From Candidatus Eiseniibacteriota bacterium (GTDB taxonomy: Bacteria > Eisenbacteria > RBG-16-71-46 > JABDJR01), in contig CAVXKA010000001.1 in assembly GCA_963762255.1 (NCBI GenBank), forward strand, positions 1,536,001-1,600,000: 64,000 bases of DNA. The letters run 5' to 3'. Shown here in pieces: positions 45,749 to 56,364 of the stretch; positions within the stretch are counted from its first letter, which is position 1, and every line of letters begins with the position of its first letter. Position numbers and translations under genes: made by a program. The notes below the pieces were generated by a model. That model did no database searches and had not been told where the DNA came from. It worked only from the letters and a program-made list of their open reading frames with translations.

Positions 45749-46727
45749 AGCGCGTCCAGCGGCGCTGGTGACCGGGGTGGCGGGCTTCCTCGGCTCCCAT
45801 CTCGCTGAAGCACTCCTGGATCGCGGTCATCGTGTGATCGGGGTAGACGCCTTCACGCCGTACTACGCGCGCGCCCTCAAGGAAGCGAACCTGGAGGCGC
45901 TACGTGCGCGTCCGGGCTTTCGATTCGTCGAGGCCGACCTTCGCTCCGCCTCGATCGCGCCGCTGGTAATCGGGGCGCCCTGGGTCTTCCACCAGGCCGC
46001 CCAGCCCGGAGTGCGCGCCTCCTGGGACGAAGGCTTCGCCGACTATGTCAGCCACAACCTTCTCGGCACCCAGCGGCTTCTCGATGCGTGCCGCACCGCG
46101 CATACCGAACGGTTCGTGTTCGCCTCTTCATCTTCGGTGTACGGCAACGTCCCCGAGGGGTTGGTGGGGGAAGACGCCCCGGCGCGTCCGCTCTCGCCGT
46201 ACGGCGTCACCAAGCTCGCCTCGGAGAAGCTCGTCGAGGTCTACCATCGCGAGTTCGGCCTCCAGACCGTGAGCCTGCGCTACTTCACCGTGTGCGGCCC
46301 GCGCCAGCGGCCGGACATGGCGTTTCACAAGATCCTGCGCGCGCTCCATCGCGGCGAGGAATTCCCGCGCTACGGCGACGGATCCCAGGAGCGCGACTTC
46401 ACCTACGTGGGGGACGCGGTGGAGGCCAACTTGCTCGCCGCGCAGCGCGGGCGTGCGGGCACCGTCTACAACATCGGCGGCGGACATCCGGTCTCGCTGT
46501 CGTACACCATCGAGGTGCTGGAGAAGGCGACGGGCCGGCGCGCGCGGATCCGGGCGTTGCCGCGCGCGGAGGGCGATCCGCGACGCACCGCCGCCGATCT
46601 CGCCCGGGCGCGGGACGAGATGGGCTACGCGCCCAAGGTGACGGTGGAGGAAGCGCTCCGGCGCGAGGCGGAGTGGTTCGCGGGACCGCGCGGACCGTTG
46701 GCTCTTTCCGCGGAGGCGGGGGCATGA
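45738..46727 (+). CDS. NAD-dependent nucleotide-sugar epimerase
   Basis: TGVAGFLG; AAQPGVR; SSSSVYG; YGVTK; RPDMA. Confidence 0.93.
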   Translation: MGTEARPAALVTGVAGFLGSHLAEALLDRGHRVIGVDAFTPYYARALKEANLEALRARPGFRFVEADLRSASIAPLVIGAPWVFHQAAQPGVRASWDEGFADYVSHNLLGTQRLLDACRTAHTERFVFASSSSVYGNVPEGLVGEDAPARPLSPYGVTKLASEKLVEVYHREFGLQTVSLRYFTVCGPRQRPDMAFHKILRALHRGEEFPRYGDGSQERDFTYVGDAVEANLLAAQRGRAGTVYNIGGGHPVSLSYTIEVLEKATGRRARIRALPRAEGDPRRTAADLARARDEMGYAPKVTVEEALRREAEWFAGPRGPLALSAEAGA

Positions 46728-47647
46728 AGCCGTACGTGAGCGTCGTGGTTCCGGCCTACAACGAAGCCGAGAGCCTTCCCGAGTTGGTGGAGCGCGTGAA
46801 GAGCGTCCTGGCCCCGACCGGCCGCGATTGGGAACTGATCGTCGTGGACGACGGGAGCACCGACGCCACTCTCGAGGTGCTGCGGCGCCTCGCCGCGCAA
46901 GTCCCCCAACTCCGCTTCCGATCGTTCCTGCGCAACTACGGGAAGTCCGCCGCGCTGAACGTGGCCTTTGCGGATGCCTGCGGCGAGCGGATCATCACCA
47001 TGGACGCCGACCTGCAAGACGACCCCGCCGAGTTTCCCGCGCTCCTCGCGAAAATCGAGGAGGGATGGGACCTCGTATCCGGATGGAAGCAGGTGCGCCA
47101 CGATCCGCCGAACAAGACCATTCCCTCCAAGTTCTTCAACTCGGTGACGAGTTCGGTGGCGGGTGTGAAGCTCCACGATTTCAATTGCGGCCTCAAGGCG
47201 TACCGCGCGTGCGTGGCCAAGGGGCTGCCCGTCTACGGAGAGCTGCACCGGTTCCTGCCCGCGCTGGCGCACTGGCAGGGGTACCGGGTCACCGAGATCC
47301 CCGTGCTCCACCACGCTCGCAAGCACGGGCGGAGCAAGTTCGGCGCGAGCCGGTTCGTGAACGGCTTCCTGGACCTGCTGACCGTCACCTTCGTCCACTC
47401 CGGGCGGCACAGCCCGTTGCACGTGTTCGGCCGGGTCGGGATCGCGCTCGGCGTTCTCGGCGCTGCCATCCTCTCCGGCTTCGTCTACACCTGGGCCATC
47501 GGGCACGCGGTGCGCACGCGCCCGCTCTTCTTTATCGGTCTCATCATGCTCATCGTCGCGGTGCAGTTCATCTCGCTGGGGCTTCTCGGCGAGCTGGTCG
47601 TGAAAGGGCAGTCGCGCCCGCCCTATCAGTTCCGGGAAGACGCGTGA
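46724..47647 (+). CDS. GT2 polyprenol-phosphate glycosyltransferase (ArnC/DPM-like)
   Basis: VVPAYNE; DDGSTD; MDADLQDDP; two C-terminal TMs. Confidence 0.92.
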   Translation: MKPYVSVVVPAYNEAESLPELVERVKSVLAPTGRDWELIVVDDGSTDATLEVLRRLAAQVPQLRFRSFLRNYGKSAALNVAFADACGERIITMDADLQDDPAEFPALLAKIEEGWDLVSGWKQVRHDPPNKTIPSKFFNSVTSSVAGVKLHDFNCGLKAYRACVAKGLPVYGELHRFLPALAHWQGYRVTEIPVLHHARKHGRSKFGASRFVNGFLDLLTVTFVHSGRHSPLHVFGRVGIALGVLGAAILSGFVYTWAIGHAVRTRPLFFIGLIMLIVAVQFISLGLLGELVVKGQSRPPYQFREDA

Positions 47648-48360
47648 GCGACGGGTCGCCGCGAGCGGCGGTGCTGGCCGGCGGGCTCGGAACCCGCATC
47701 CGCTCGGTGGGGGGGATCACGCCGAAGGTGCTTCTCCCGGTGGCGGGACGGCCGTTCCTCGCCCATCTGCTCGATTATCTCGCGCGGCAGGGAGTCACCG
47801 AGGCGGTGCTCTGCCTGGGGTACGCGGCCGACGCGGTAGCCGCGGCCGCGCGCGAGCACCGGCCGGTCGGGCTCGACCTCGTCGAGTCGCGCGAGACCGT
47901 CGCTATGGGCACCGGCGGCGCGATCCGGGACGCGCTGGACCGGCTCGGCGGGACCTTCTACATCGTCAACGGCGACACCTACCTCGATGCGCCGCTCCCG
48001 CGCCTGCTCGGCTTCCATCGTTCCACCGGCGCCGCGCTCACGCTCTCGCTCGTGCGTTCTCCGCAAGCGGCCGAGAAGGGAACGGTGCGCGTCGCTCCCG
48101 GCGGACGCGTCCTGGAGTTTGCCGAGAAGACGCCGGAGGGAACCGGGCTCATCAACGCCGGGGCCTATGTCGCGGAAGCCGGCTTCTTCGAGGCGGCGCC
48201 GCCCGTGGGATCCTGCTCGCTCGAGCGCGATATCATTCCCGAGGCGCTCCGTCGCGGGATGACGGTCATGGGGCGCGTCGTCGAGGCGCCCTTCGTGGAC
48301 ATCGGCCTGCCCGAAGACTATCTGCGCGTGCGTGACGGTTTGCCGGGAGGAAACCCATGA
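47644..48360 (+). CDS. Sugar-1-phosphate nucleotidyltransferase (HddC-like)
   Basis: LAGGLGTR; PK; GTGGA; NGDTY; DIGLPEDY. Confidence 0.88.
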   Translation: MSDGSPRAAVLAGGLGTRIRSVGGITPKVLLPVAGRPFLAHLLDYLARQGVTEAVLCLGYAADAVAAAAREHRPVGLDLVESRETVAMGTGGAIRDALDRLGGTFYIVNGDTYLDAPLPRLLGFHRSTGAALTLSLVRSPQAAEKGTVRVAPGGRVLEFAEKTPEGTGLINAGAYVAEAGFFEAAPPVGSCSLERDIIPEALRRGMTVMGRVVEAPFVDIGLPEDYLRVRDGLPGGNP

Positions 48361-49373
48361 GCGATCGGATCTTCCGCGCCAAGGCGCCGCTACGCATCTC
48401 GTTCTGCGGCGGCGGCACCGACGTCTCCCCGTACCCCGCCGAGCGGGGCGGGGTCGTTCTCTCGTCCACCGTGGACAAGTACGCTTACGCCTCGTTGCGG
48501 CCGCGCGCCGACGACCGCCTGCGCATCCGCTCGCTCGACTACGATATCGTCGCCAATTACGACCGCTCCAAGCTGGAATACGACGGCGAACTGGATCTGG
48601 TGAAGGCGGTGGCCAGGCACTTCAAGATGCCAACGGGGGCGGATCTCTTCATCCACTCCGACGCGCCTCCCGGAAGCGGGCTCGGCTCCTCGTCCACCAT
48701 GTGCGTGGCGCTGGTCGGGGTATTCGCCGAGTGGCTCAAGATGCCGATGACGAGCTACGAGATGGCCGAACTCACCTTCCGGATCGAACGCGAGGAGCTT
48801 GCCATCGCCGGCGGCCGGCAGGACCAGTACGCGGCGACCTTCGGCGGGTTCAACTACATCGAGTTCTTCGAGAGCCTCACCGTCGTGAACCCGCTGCGTA
48901 TCCGCTCCGAGCTCCGCCATGAGCTGGAGTACAACCTGCTGCTCTGCTATACGGGACAGACGCGGCTGTCCGCCAACATCGTGGAGAGCCAGACGCGCTC
49001 CTACCAGGAGCGGCACGAGCCGGTGGTGCGCGCGCTGGACCGCATGAAGGAGCTGACCCAGGAGATGAAGACCGCGCTCTTGACCGGCGATCTGCCGAAC
49101 TTCGGCAAGCTCCTTCACGTTGCCTGGATGGAGAAGAAGCAGCTCGACGAGAAGATCAGCACGACCCGCATCGACAATCTCTATTCCCTCGCCCGCCGGC
49201 ACGGGGCACTGGGCGGGAAGATCCTGGGAGCGGGCGGCGGCGGCTACCTGCTTGTGTATGCCCCATTCACCAAGAAGCATCAGGTCGCGCGCGTTCTCGG
49301 CGAGGCGGGGGGCGCCATGGTTCCCTTCACCTTCACCGAGGAAGGGCTGGCCACATGGAGCGTGGCCGCCTGA
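48357..49373 (+). CDS. GHMP kinase (HddA-like heptose-7-phosphate kinase)
   Basis: APLRISFCGGGTD; PPGSGLGSS; GGRQDQY; GAGGGG. Confidence 0.88.
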   Translation: MSDRIFRAKAPLRISFCGGGTDVSPYPAERGGVVLSSTVDKYAYASLRPRADDRLRIRSLDYDIVANYDRSKLEYDGELDLVKAVARHFKMPTGADLFIHSDAPPGSGLGSSSTMCVALVGVFAEWLKMPMTSYEMAELTFRIEREELAIAGGRQDQYAATFGGFNYIEFFESLTVVNPLRIRSELRHELEYNLLLCYTGQTRLSANIVESQTRSYQERHEPVVRALDRMKELTQEMKTALLTGDLPNFGKLLHVAWMEKKQLDEKISTTRIDNLYSLARRHGALGGKILGAGGGGYLLVYAPFTKKHQVARVLGEAGGAMVPFTFTEEGLATWSVAA

Positions 49374-49425
49374 TCGGTCGCGACGAGGAATCGGCCGTGA
49401 CGGAGCGCCCCGAGGGATCAGCCGC

Positions 49426-50622
49426 GTGAAGTTCGTTCTGGTCGGGACCGCGTATCCGCACCGGGGGGGAATCGCGCACTACATCGCGCTCCTCTCCCGC
49501 GAGTTGGTCACCCGCGGCCACGAGGTCAAGGTGATCTCGTTCTCGCGCCAGTATCCGTCCGTGCTCTTCCCCGGGAAATCGCAGGACGAGACCGGCCCGG
49601 AGGCGATCCGGGTCGACTCCGAGCGCCTCATCGACAGCATCGGCCCGTGGAGCTGGTTCCGCGCGGCGCGTCGCATCGGCGAGATCCGCCCCGACCTCGT
49701 GGTGTTCAAGTACTGGATGCCGTTCTTCGCTCCCTCCTACGGGACCATCGCGCGCGGCGCGCGCCGGCGGGGGATTCGCACCTGCTTTCTGCTCGACAAC
49801 GTAATCCCGCACGAGCGACGCCCGGGCGATCTCGCATTGACGCGTTACGCGCTGGGCCCGATCGACACCTTCATCGCCCAATCCAGATCGGTGGCCGAGG
49901 ATCTTCGGCGGTTCCGCCCCGAGGCGCCCATGCTCGAGGTGCCGCATCCGGTCTACAGCATCTTCGGCAAGGGGACCGAGCGCGAGGCGGCGCGGCGGCG
50001 CCTCGGCGTGACCGCGCACGACGTGGCCCTCTTCTTCGGATTCATCCGCCGGTACAAAGGGCTCGCCAACCTGCTGCGCGCGGTGGCGCTGATCCCGCGG
50101 GAGCGGAGCTTCCAGCTTCTCATCGGCGGCGAGTTCTACGAGGACGAGGCGGCGACCAAGAGCCTCATCCGGGAGTTGGGTCTGGGCGACCGCGTCGTTC
50201 TCCACGATCGCTACATCGCCAACGAGGAAGTGGCCGACTTTTTCAGCGCCGCCAACGTGGCCGTGCTTCCCTATGTGACCGCCACTCAGAGCGGGATCAT
50301 CCAGATCGCGATGAACTTCAACTGCCCGGTCATCACCACCGATGTCGGGGGTCTCCCCGAGGTCGTGCGCGCGGGCGTGCTGGGCGAAGTGGTGCCGCCG
50401 GAGGATCCGGCCGCGCTGGCCGCGGCGATCGTCGACTACTTCGATCGCGGCAAGGAGGCGATCTACACGCCGAACGTGGCGCGGGAGAAGGAGCGCTACT
50501 CGTGGGGACGCTTGGTGGAGGCGCTGGAGACCTTTGCGCGCGGGGAGACGCCGCGGGCGCCCGAAGCGGGCGCGGCCGACGCGGGTGGGTCGCCGGCGGG
50601 TGGGGGAGCGCCGCGCCGATGA
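49426..50622 (+). CDS. Glycosyltransferase family 4
   Basis: RGGIAHY; FFGFIRRYKG; LPYVTATQSG. Confidence 0.92.
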   Translation: MKFVLVGTAYPHRGGIAHYIALLSRELVTRGHEVKVISFSRQYPSVLFPGKSQDETGPEAIRVDSERLIDSIGPWSWFRAARRIGEIRPDLVVFKYWMPFFAPSYGTIARGARRRGIRTCFLLDNVIPHERRPGDLALTRYALGPIDTFIAQSRSVAEDLRRFRPEAPMLEVPHPVYSIFGKGTEREAARRRLGVTAHDVALFFGFIRRYKGLANLLRAVALIPRERSFQLLIGGEFYEDEAATKSLIRELGLGDRVVLHDRYIANEEVADFFSAANVAVLPYVTATQSGIIQIAMNFNCPVITTDVGGLPEVVRAGVLGEVVPPEDPAALAAAIVDYFDRGKEAIYTPNVAREKERYSWGRLVEALETFARGETPRAPEAGAADAGGSPAGGGAPRR

Positions 50623-51953
50623 CCCGTCGTCGCGTGCTCATCGTGGCCTACTACTTCCCGCCGTCGGGGGGGCCCGGCGTGCAGCGCGTGCTCAAGGCGG
50701 TGCGCTACCTCCCCGAGTTCGGCTGGGATCCCGCCGTGCTCACCGTGCGGGACGCCGACTATCCGGCGCGGGACGAGTCTCTCCTGAACGAGATCCCGTC
50801 CTCCGTGCCGGTGGAGCGCACGACGATCCCCGAGCCCTACACGCTTTACCGTAAGCTCACCGGCCGCGCGAAGGGTACGGCGGTGGACGTGAACGTGAAC
50901 GTCGACCCCGACATGCGGATGCCGGTCAAAGAGCGACTCGCTCAGTGGGTTCGCGGCATGGTTTTCATCCCCGACGCGCGAGTGGGATGGTTGCTGACGG
51001 GCCGCGGGCCCGGCGTTCGCTTCGCGCGCCGCTTCGGCGCGAATCTCGTGCACTCCTCGTCGCCGCCCTATACCTGCGCGCTCCTCGGACGGGCGATCGC
51101 ACGCGGCGCCGGCATCCCATGGGTGCCGGAGTTCCGCGATCCGTGGACGGGATTCTTGAGCGCGCCTCGGCGGCCCGAACCCGCGCGCGGTATCGATCGC
51201 CGCCTCGAACGCGGTGTCTATCACGATGCGCCGCGGATGGTGGTGGCATGGCGAGGCATCGCCGAGGATTTCCAAGCCAAGTACCCGCGCGAGGACGCCT
51301 CCAAGTTCCGACACATCGCCAACGGCTACGACCCCGAGGATCTGGAGGGGATCGCGCCTGTCGTCAACGACCGCTTCACCATGGTCTACACCGGTTCCAT
51401 GTACGGCGTGCGAAACCCGGACACGTTCCTGCAAGCGGTGGCGAAGCTCCTTGCTGCCGGTCGCATCGATCCCGCCCGAGCGCGCTTCCGCTTCGTGGGC
51501 CGCTTCGGGGAGGAGGTGCGGGCCATGTTCCGCCGCCCCGAGGTGGCGGCGGTCGTCGAGGAGTGCGGCTACGCTCCTCATGCCCAAAGCGTGGCCGAGA
51601 CGCTGGGGGCCCACGCGCTTCTCCTCGTGGTGGATGACGTGCGCGGATCCGAGGGCATTGTTCCCGGCAAGGTTTTCGAATACATTGGCGCGCGGCGGCC
51701 GGTTCTGGCCCTCGGCCCCGAAGGCGCGGTAGCCGACCTGATTCACGAGACGGGCGCCGGTATCGTTCTGCGCAACCACGATGTGGACGGCATCGCCGAG
51801 GCACTGGCCGCTCTCTACGACGAGTGGCGCCGAACCGGCGCCGTCGCATTCCCCGGCCGTGAAGACGCGGTTCTTCGTTTGAGTCGCCGCGAGCGCACCC
51901 GCGACTTGGCCCGCGTGTTCGATGAAGTTCTGGAGGTACAGCATGGCGCGTAA
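50619..51953 (+). CDS. Glycosyltransferase family 4
   Basis: YYFPPSGGPGVQR; FRDPW; PGKVFEY. Confidence 0.9.
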   Translation: MTRRRVLIVAYYFPPSGGPGVQRVLKAVRYLPEFGWDPAVLTVRDADYPARDESLLNEIPSSVPVERTTIPEPYTLYRKLTGRAKGTAVDVNVNVDPDMRMPVKERLAQWVRGMVFIPDARVGWLLTGRGPGVRFARRFGANLVHSSSPPYTCALLGRAIARGAGIPWVPEFRDPWTGFLSAPRRPEPARGIDRRLERGVYHDAPRMVVAWRGIAEDFQAKYPREDASKFRHIANGYDPEDLEGIAPVVNDRFTMVYTGSMYGVRNPDTFLQAVAKLLAAGRIDPARARFRFVGRFGEEVRAMFRRPEVAAVVEECGYAPHAQSVAETLGAHALLLVVDDVRGSEGIVPGKVFEYIGARRPVLALGPEGAVADLIHETGAGIVLRNHDVDGIAEALAALYDEWRRTGAVAFPGREDAVLRLSRRERTRDLARVFDEVLEVQHGA

Positions 51954-54453
51954 GCCGGTTCAGAAGGAAGTCGCAGTCGAATCCATCCGTCGGGGCACAA
52001 GCTCGCCGTCCGACGAACCCGGCTGGGCCCTGGCGCTGGAGCGTCGCGGATTCTGGGTTGCGGCGGCGGGGCTCGCGCTCTTGCTCGTCCTCTTCTTCAA
52101 TCCGATCTTCTTCGCGGGGAAGGAATTTCAACCGCCGGACGTCGTGGCCAGCCTGGCCCAGCGCACCTACGTCCAGGAGGCCTTCCACTCCGAAGGATCG
52201 CTTCTCCAACGCTATCCGCTCTGGACGCCCTACATCTTCTCCGGGATGCCCTCCTTCGGGAGCCTGATCGCCGCGCCGTACACCAATCCGATGAGCCTCC
52301 TCCTCACTCCGATCCCCGGCATATTCAAAGTGGTCACCTATTACCTCCTGCTCGGGATCTTCACCTGGCTCCTGATGCGGCGGCTGGGGTTGCGCACGCT
52401 GAGCGCGCTCTTCGGCGCGGTGGCCTTCGTGTTCTGCGCCCATGTGATCACCCTGATCATGTTCGGGCACAACTCCAAGATCGCCACCCTCATCTTTCTG
52501 CCGCTGGTGCTCTTGGCCACGCACGAGCTGTGGCAACGGATCACCCTGCGCTGGACGTCGATCCTGGCTCTGGCCATCGGGACCATGCTCGTCTCCTCCC
52601 ACTTGCAGATCTCGTATTACACGTTTCTCACCGCCGGGCTCTACCTGGTGGTAGCTACCGTCGACTCGCTGCGGCGGCGCATGACGGTGCCGGCTGTCCT
52701 GGCGCGCTGGGGCGTGTGGGCCGCCGCGTTCGCGGTGGGGCTTGCCGCGAGCGCCGTCCTCTTCCTCTCCGTGCGGGAGTACTCGGCGCACTCCATCCGC
52801 GGCGGTACCGGGGGCGGGCTCCCCTTCGACTACGCCACCAACTGGAGCTTCCATCCGCTCGAGATCACGACCTTCTTCGTGCCCTCGTTCATGGGCTTCG
52901 GCCAGACCACCTATTGGGGATGGATGCCGTTCACCGATTTTCCGCACTACATGGGCATTCTGGTGATCGTGCTTGCCGCCTTCACGATCGCGCTCTGGCC
53001 GCGCGAGCGCATGACCCTCCTCCTCACCCTGCTCGGCGCGATCGCGCTGGTCCTTTCCTTCGGCAAGCACGTACCCGTGCTCTACAGCCTCTTCTTCGAT
53101 TATTTCCCGCAGTTCAATAAGTTCCGCGTGCCGAGCATGATGCTGGTGCTGTTCCAGTTCGCGATGGCGGCGCTGGCGGCGATCGGGCTCGATCGATTGG
53201 CGCGCGCGCCGGCCGGCCACGAGCGGGAGCGCATGTTCCGAGCGCTTCGGGTGATCGCGGCGGCGACGCTGGCTGTCGTCGTCCTTCTCGGCATCCTCGC
53301 GGTCTCCGGCGGGCTCAAGAGCGCGGCGGTGAAGCGCCTCGCAGAGCGCGGCCCGGAGATGGGTCTGTCGGCGGAGCAGGTGGGGCCGTGGGTGGCGGGG
53401 ACGGCGGCCGAGGTCGTGCGGATGGCCTCGCGCGACGCGTTCCTCACGCTCCTGATCCTCGTCGCCGGTCTCGCGTTGTTGTGGGCGCGGCTGCGCGGAA
53501 AGCTCTCCGGCGGCGCGATGAGCGCGGCGGTGCTGATCCTGGTGTTCGTGGATCTGTGGCGCGTCGGGGCGAAACCCGCCGACTATCACTCGCGAGGCGG
53601 GCGCGCGCAGGTGTTCGCGGCCACACCGGCGGTGCAGTTCCTGCAAGCGGAGAAGGAGCCGTACCGCATCCTGCCCCTCACCGGACAGGGCACCAACAAG
53701 AACTGGTTCGCCTACTTCAAGGTCTCGAGCATCCAGGGCTATCACGCGGCCAAGATCAAGATCTACCAGGACCTCATCGACGAGCAGGGGCCGGCGGGGA
53801 TGGTGAAGCAGCTCTCGCGGGGCAACTTCAACATCATCAACATGCTCAACGCCAAGTACCTGGTGGCGGACCAGGAGATCCAAGGCGGACCGCTCATGAC
53901 CGTGGTCCGGGACAAGCAGTTCGTGATGCGCAACACCTCGGCGCTCCCCCGCATGTGGTTCGTGGATCGCGCGCGCGTGATCGCGGACGAGCCCGCGCAC
54001 CTGCAAGCGGTGGCGGATCCTACCTGGCGGCCGGACCAGGAGGCGCTTCTCTTCAAGGAGCCGGGACCGCTCGACTCCGGCCACGGTGGCACGGCGCGCG
54101 TGACCCGCTACGAGCCGCGTGAGATCCACGCCGACCTGGAGTCCCCGGGCAACTCGCTCCTCGTGATCAGCGAGGTGTTCTACGAGCCGGGCTGGAATGC
54201 CTGGCTGGACGGCAAGCCCGCCGAGGTGCTCCGCGCCGACTACGTGCTGCGCGCGATTCAGGTGCCGCCGGGCAAGCATGAACTGCGCATGCGCTTCGAC
54301 CCGCCCGCCTTCCGCACCGGCGTGTTTCTGAGCCTGGGGGCGTACCTTGTGATCGCGATCGGGTTTGCCGCGTCGTTCGTGGTGGACCGGCGCCGCCCGA
54401 GGGGACGTCACGCCGATTCCGCAGCGGACCGTGCCGCGGACGCGGAGGCGTAG
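51943..54453 (+). CDS. YfhO-like polytopic GT-C glycosyltransferase
   Basis: PLWTPYIFSGMP; NKFRVP; SEVFYEPGWNAWLDG; VPPGKH. Confidence 0.88.
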   Translation: MARKPVQKEVAVESIRRGTSSPSDEPGWALALERRGFWVAAAGLALLLVLFFNPIFFAGKEFQPPDVVASLAQRTYVQEAFHSEGSLLQRYPLWTPYIFSGMPSFGSLIAAPYTNPMSLLLTPIPGIFKVVTYYLLLGIFTWLLMRRLGLRTLSALFGAVAFVFCAHVITLIMFGHNSKIATLIFLPLVLLATHELWQRITLRWTSILALAIGTMLVSSHLQISYYTFLTAGLYLVVATVDSLRRRMTVPAVLARWGVWAAAFAVGLAASAVLFLSVREYSAHSIRGGTGGGLPFDYATNWSFHPLEITTFFVPSFMGFGQTTYWGWMPFTDFPHYMGILVIVLAAFTIALWPRERMTLLLTLLGAIALVLSFGKHVPVLYSLFFDYFPQFNKFRVPSMMLVLFQFAMAALAAIGLDRLARAPAGHERERMFRALRVIAAATLAVVVLLGILAVSGGLKSAAVKRLAERGPEMGLSAEQVGPWVAGTAAEVVRMASRDAFLTLLILVAGLALLWARLRGKLSGGAMSAAVLILVFVDLWRVGAKPADYHSRGGRAQVFAATPAVQFLQAEKEPYRILPLTGQGTNKNWFAYFKVSSIQGYHAAKIKIYQDLIDEQGPAGMVKQLSRGNFNIINMLNAKYLVADQEIQGGPLMTVVRDKQFVMRNTSALPRMWFVDRARVIADEPAHLQAVADPTWRPDQEALLFKEPGPLDSGHGGTARVTRYEPREIHADLESPGNSLLVISEVFYEPGWNAWLDGKPAEVLRADYVLRAIQVPPGKHELRMRFDPPAFRTGVFLSLGAYLVIAIGFAASFVVDRRRPRGRHADSAADRAADAEA

Positions 54454-54464
54454 GGCGCCCGGCC

Positions 54465-56364
54465 ATGTGCGGCATAGCCGGCGCTTTCCATTACGCGCGT
54501 CAGACCGAGGTGCTCGACACCACGCTGCGCGCGATGGCGGGGACCATCGTTCACCGGGGTCCCGATGACGAGGGTTTCCACCGGGAACCGGACGGCCGCC
54601 TGGGGCTCGCGTTTCGCCGCCTTTCCATCGTCGATCTCGCCGGCGGCCATCAGCCGATGTCCTCCGAGGGCGGTCGCTACTGGATCGTCTTCAACGGCGA
54701 GATCTATAACCACGCCGACCTGCGTCGCGAGTTCGAGGCCAAGGGACGTCGCTTCCGCACGCGTTGCGACACCGAGGTCATTCTGGCCGCCTACGCCGAG
54801 TACGGCGCCGAGTGCGTGACCCGTTTCCAGGGGATGTTCGCGTTCGCGATCTGGGACCGGGAGTCGCGCTCGCTCTTCCTTGCCAGAGACCGGGTGGGGA
54901 TCAAGCCGCTCTACTTCGCGGACCTGGGCGGCGCCTTCGTGTTCGGCGAGCGAGATCAAGGCGCTCTTCGCCTATCCCGGGCTCGGGCCGCGGCTCGACC
55001 GCGACGAACTCGCCCGCTACTTCACCTTTCTCTGCGTCCCCCCGCCGAACACGCTCTTCGAGGGGGTGCACAAGCTCCGGGCCGGCCACACGCTCACCGT
55101 CACCGAGAAGGGCTTGGGCGAGCCCCGCCGCTATTGGACCCCTCTCACCGGACCGCTCTCCACCGCCTCCGAGGACGAACTCGCCGATGAGTTGCGCGCC
55201 GCGCTCACCGACTCCGTCCGCGCGCGCCTCATGGCCGATGTTCCCTTCGGCGCATTCCTGAGCGGGGGAGTGGACTCGAGCGCGATCGTGGCCATCATGG
55301 CCTCCATCCTCGACCGCCCGGTCGAGACCTTCAGCGTCGGCTACAAGGACGATCCCGGCTTCAACGAATTCGAGAACGCGCGGCGCACCGCGAAGCTCTT
55401 CGGCACCAACCACCACGAAGTCCTGATCGACCACGAGGACTTCCGCCGATTCCTCCCGAGACTCGTGCACCACCAGGACGAACCGATCGCCGACCCGGTG
55501 TGCGTGCCGCTCTACTACGTGGCCGAGCTGGCGCGGCAGAGCGGCGTGATCGTGACGCTGGTGGGGGAGGGTTCGGACGAACTCTTCTTCGGCTACACCT
55601 TCCACAACCGCGTGCGGAGGATGTTCGAACGCTATTGGGCGCCGTTCGCCGGCGCACCGCGACCCTTGAAGGCGCTGGCCGTCGCGAGCGTCTCGCCCTT
55701 CATGGATGCGCAACGCCGCGACTTTCTCAAGCGCTTCCGCGACGGCGGCGAGCCGTTCTGGGGTGGGGCGGTGACGTTCTATCCCGAGGAGCTCAAGCGG
55801 CTCGCTCCCGGCCTCGCCGGGGATCGCCGCCGCGAGGAGATCGTGCGCGCGCTGTACGCGGAGATCGATGCCTCGCGGCCCGGCGCCGATTTCGCCACCC
55901 GCGCCGGGTATCTGGAGCTCATGTACCGACTCCCCGAACTCCTGCTCATGCGCGTGGACAAGATGACGATGGCCACTTCGGTCGAGGGGCGCGTGCCCTT
56001 CCTCGACCATCGCCTGGTGGAGCTGGCGTTCCGGATTCCGGGATCCATGAAGGTCAGGAACGGGGTCACCAAGCACATCCTGAAGCTGGCGGTGAAGGAC
56101 CTGCTCCCCGCGGAGATCATCCATCGCCCCAAGGTGGGCTTCCATGTGCCGGTCACACGCTGGTTCGAGGAAGTGCTGAACCCGCTGGCCGACGACGCGC
56201 TGCTCGATCCACGTATGGCGGCGCTCGAGATCTGGGATCCCGCCGAAGTGCGCCGGCTCTTGCGCTTGCAGCGCGAGGGGCGCGGCAACTACGGCATGCG
56301 CATCTGGGCTCTGGTCAACTTTGCGCTCTGGTACCGGCACTGGATGGAAGGGGAGTCGCTTTGA
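54465..56364 (+). CDS. asnB: Asparagine synthase (glutamine-hydrolysing)-type amidotransferase; +1 frameshift near 54945
   Basis: MCGIAG, HRGPD, FNGEIYN, RDRVGIKPLY in one frame; SEIK, LSGGVDSS, GEGSDE, RVPFLD in another. Confidence 0.9.
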
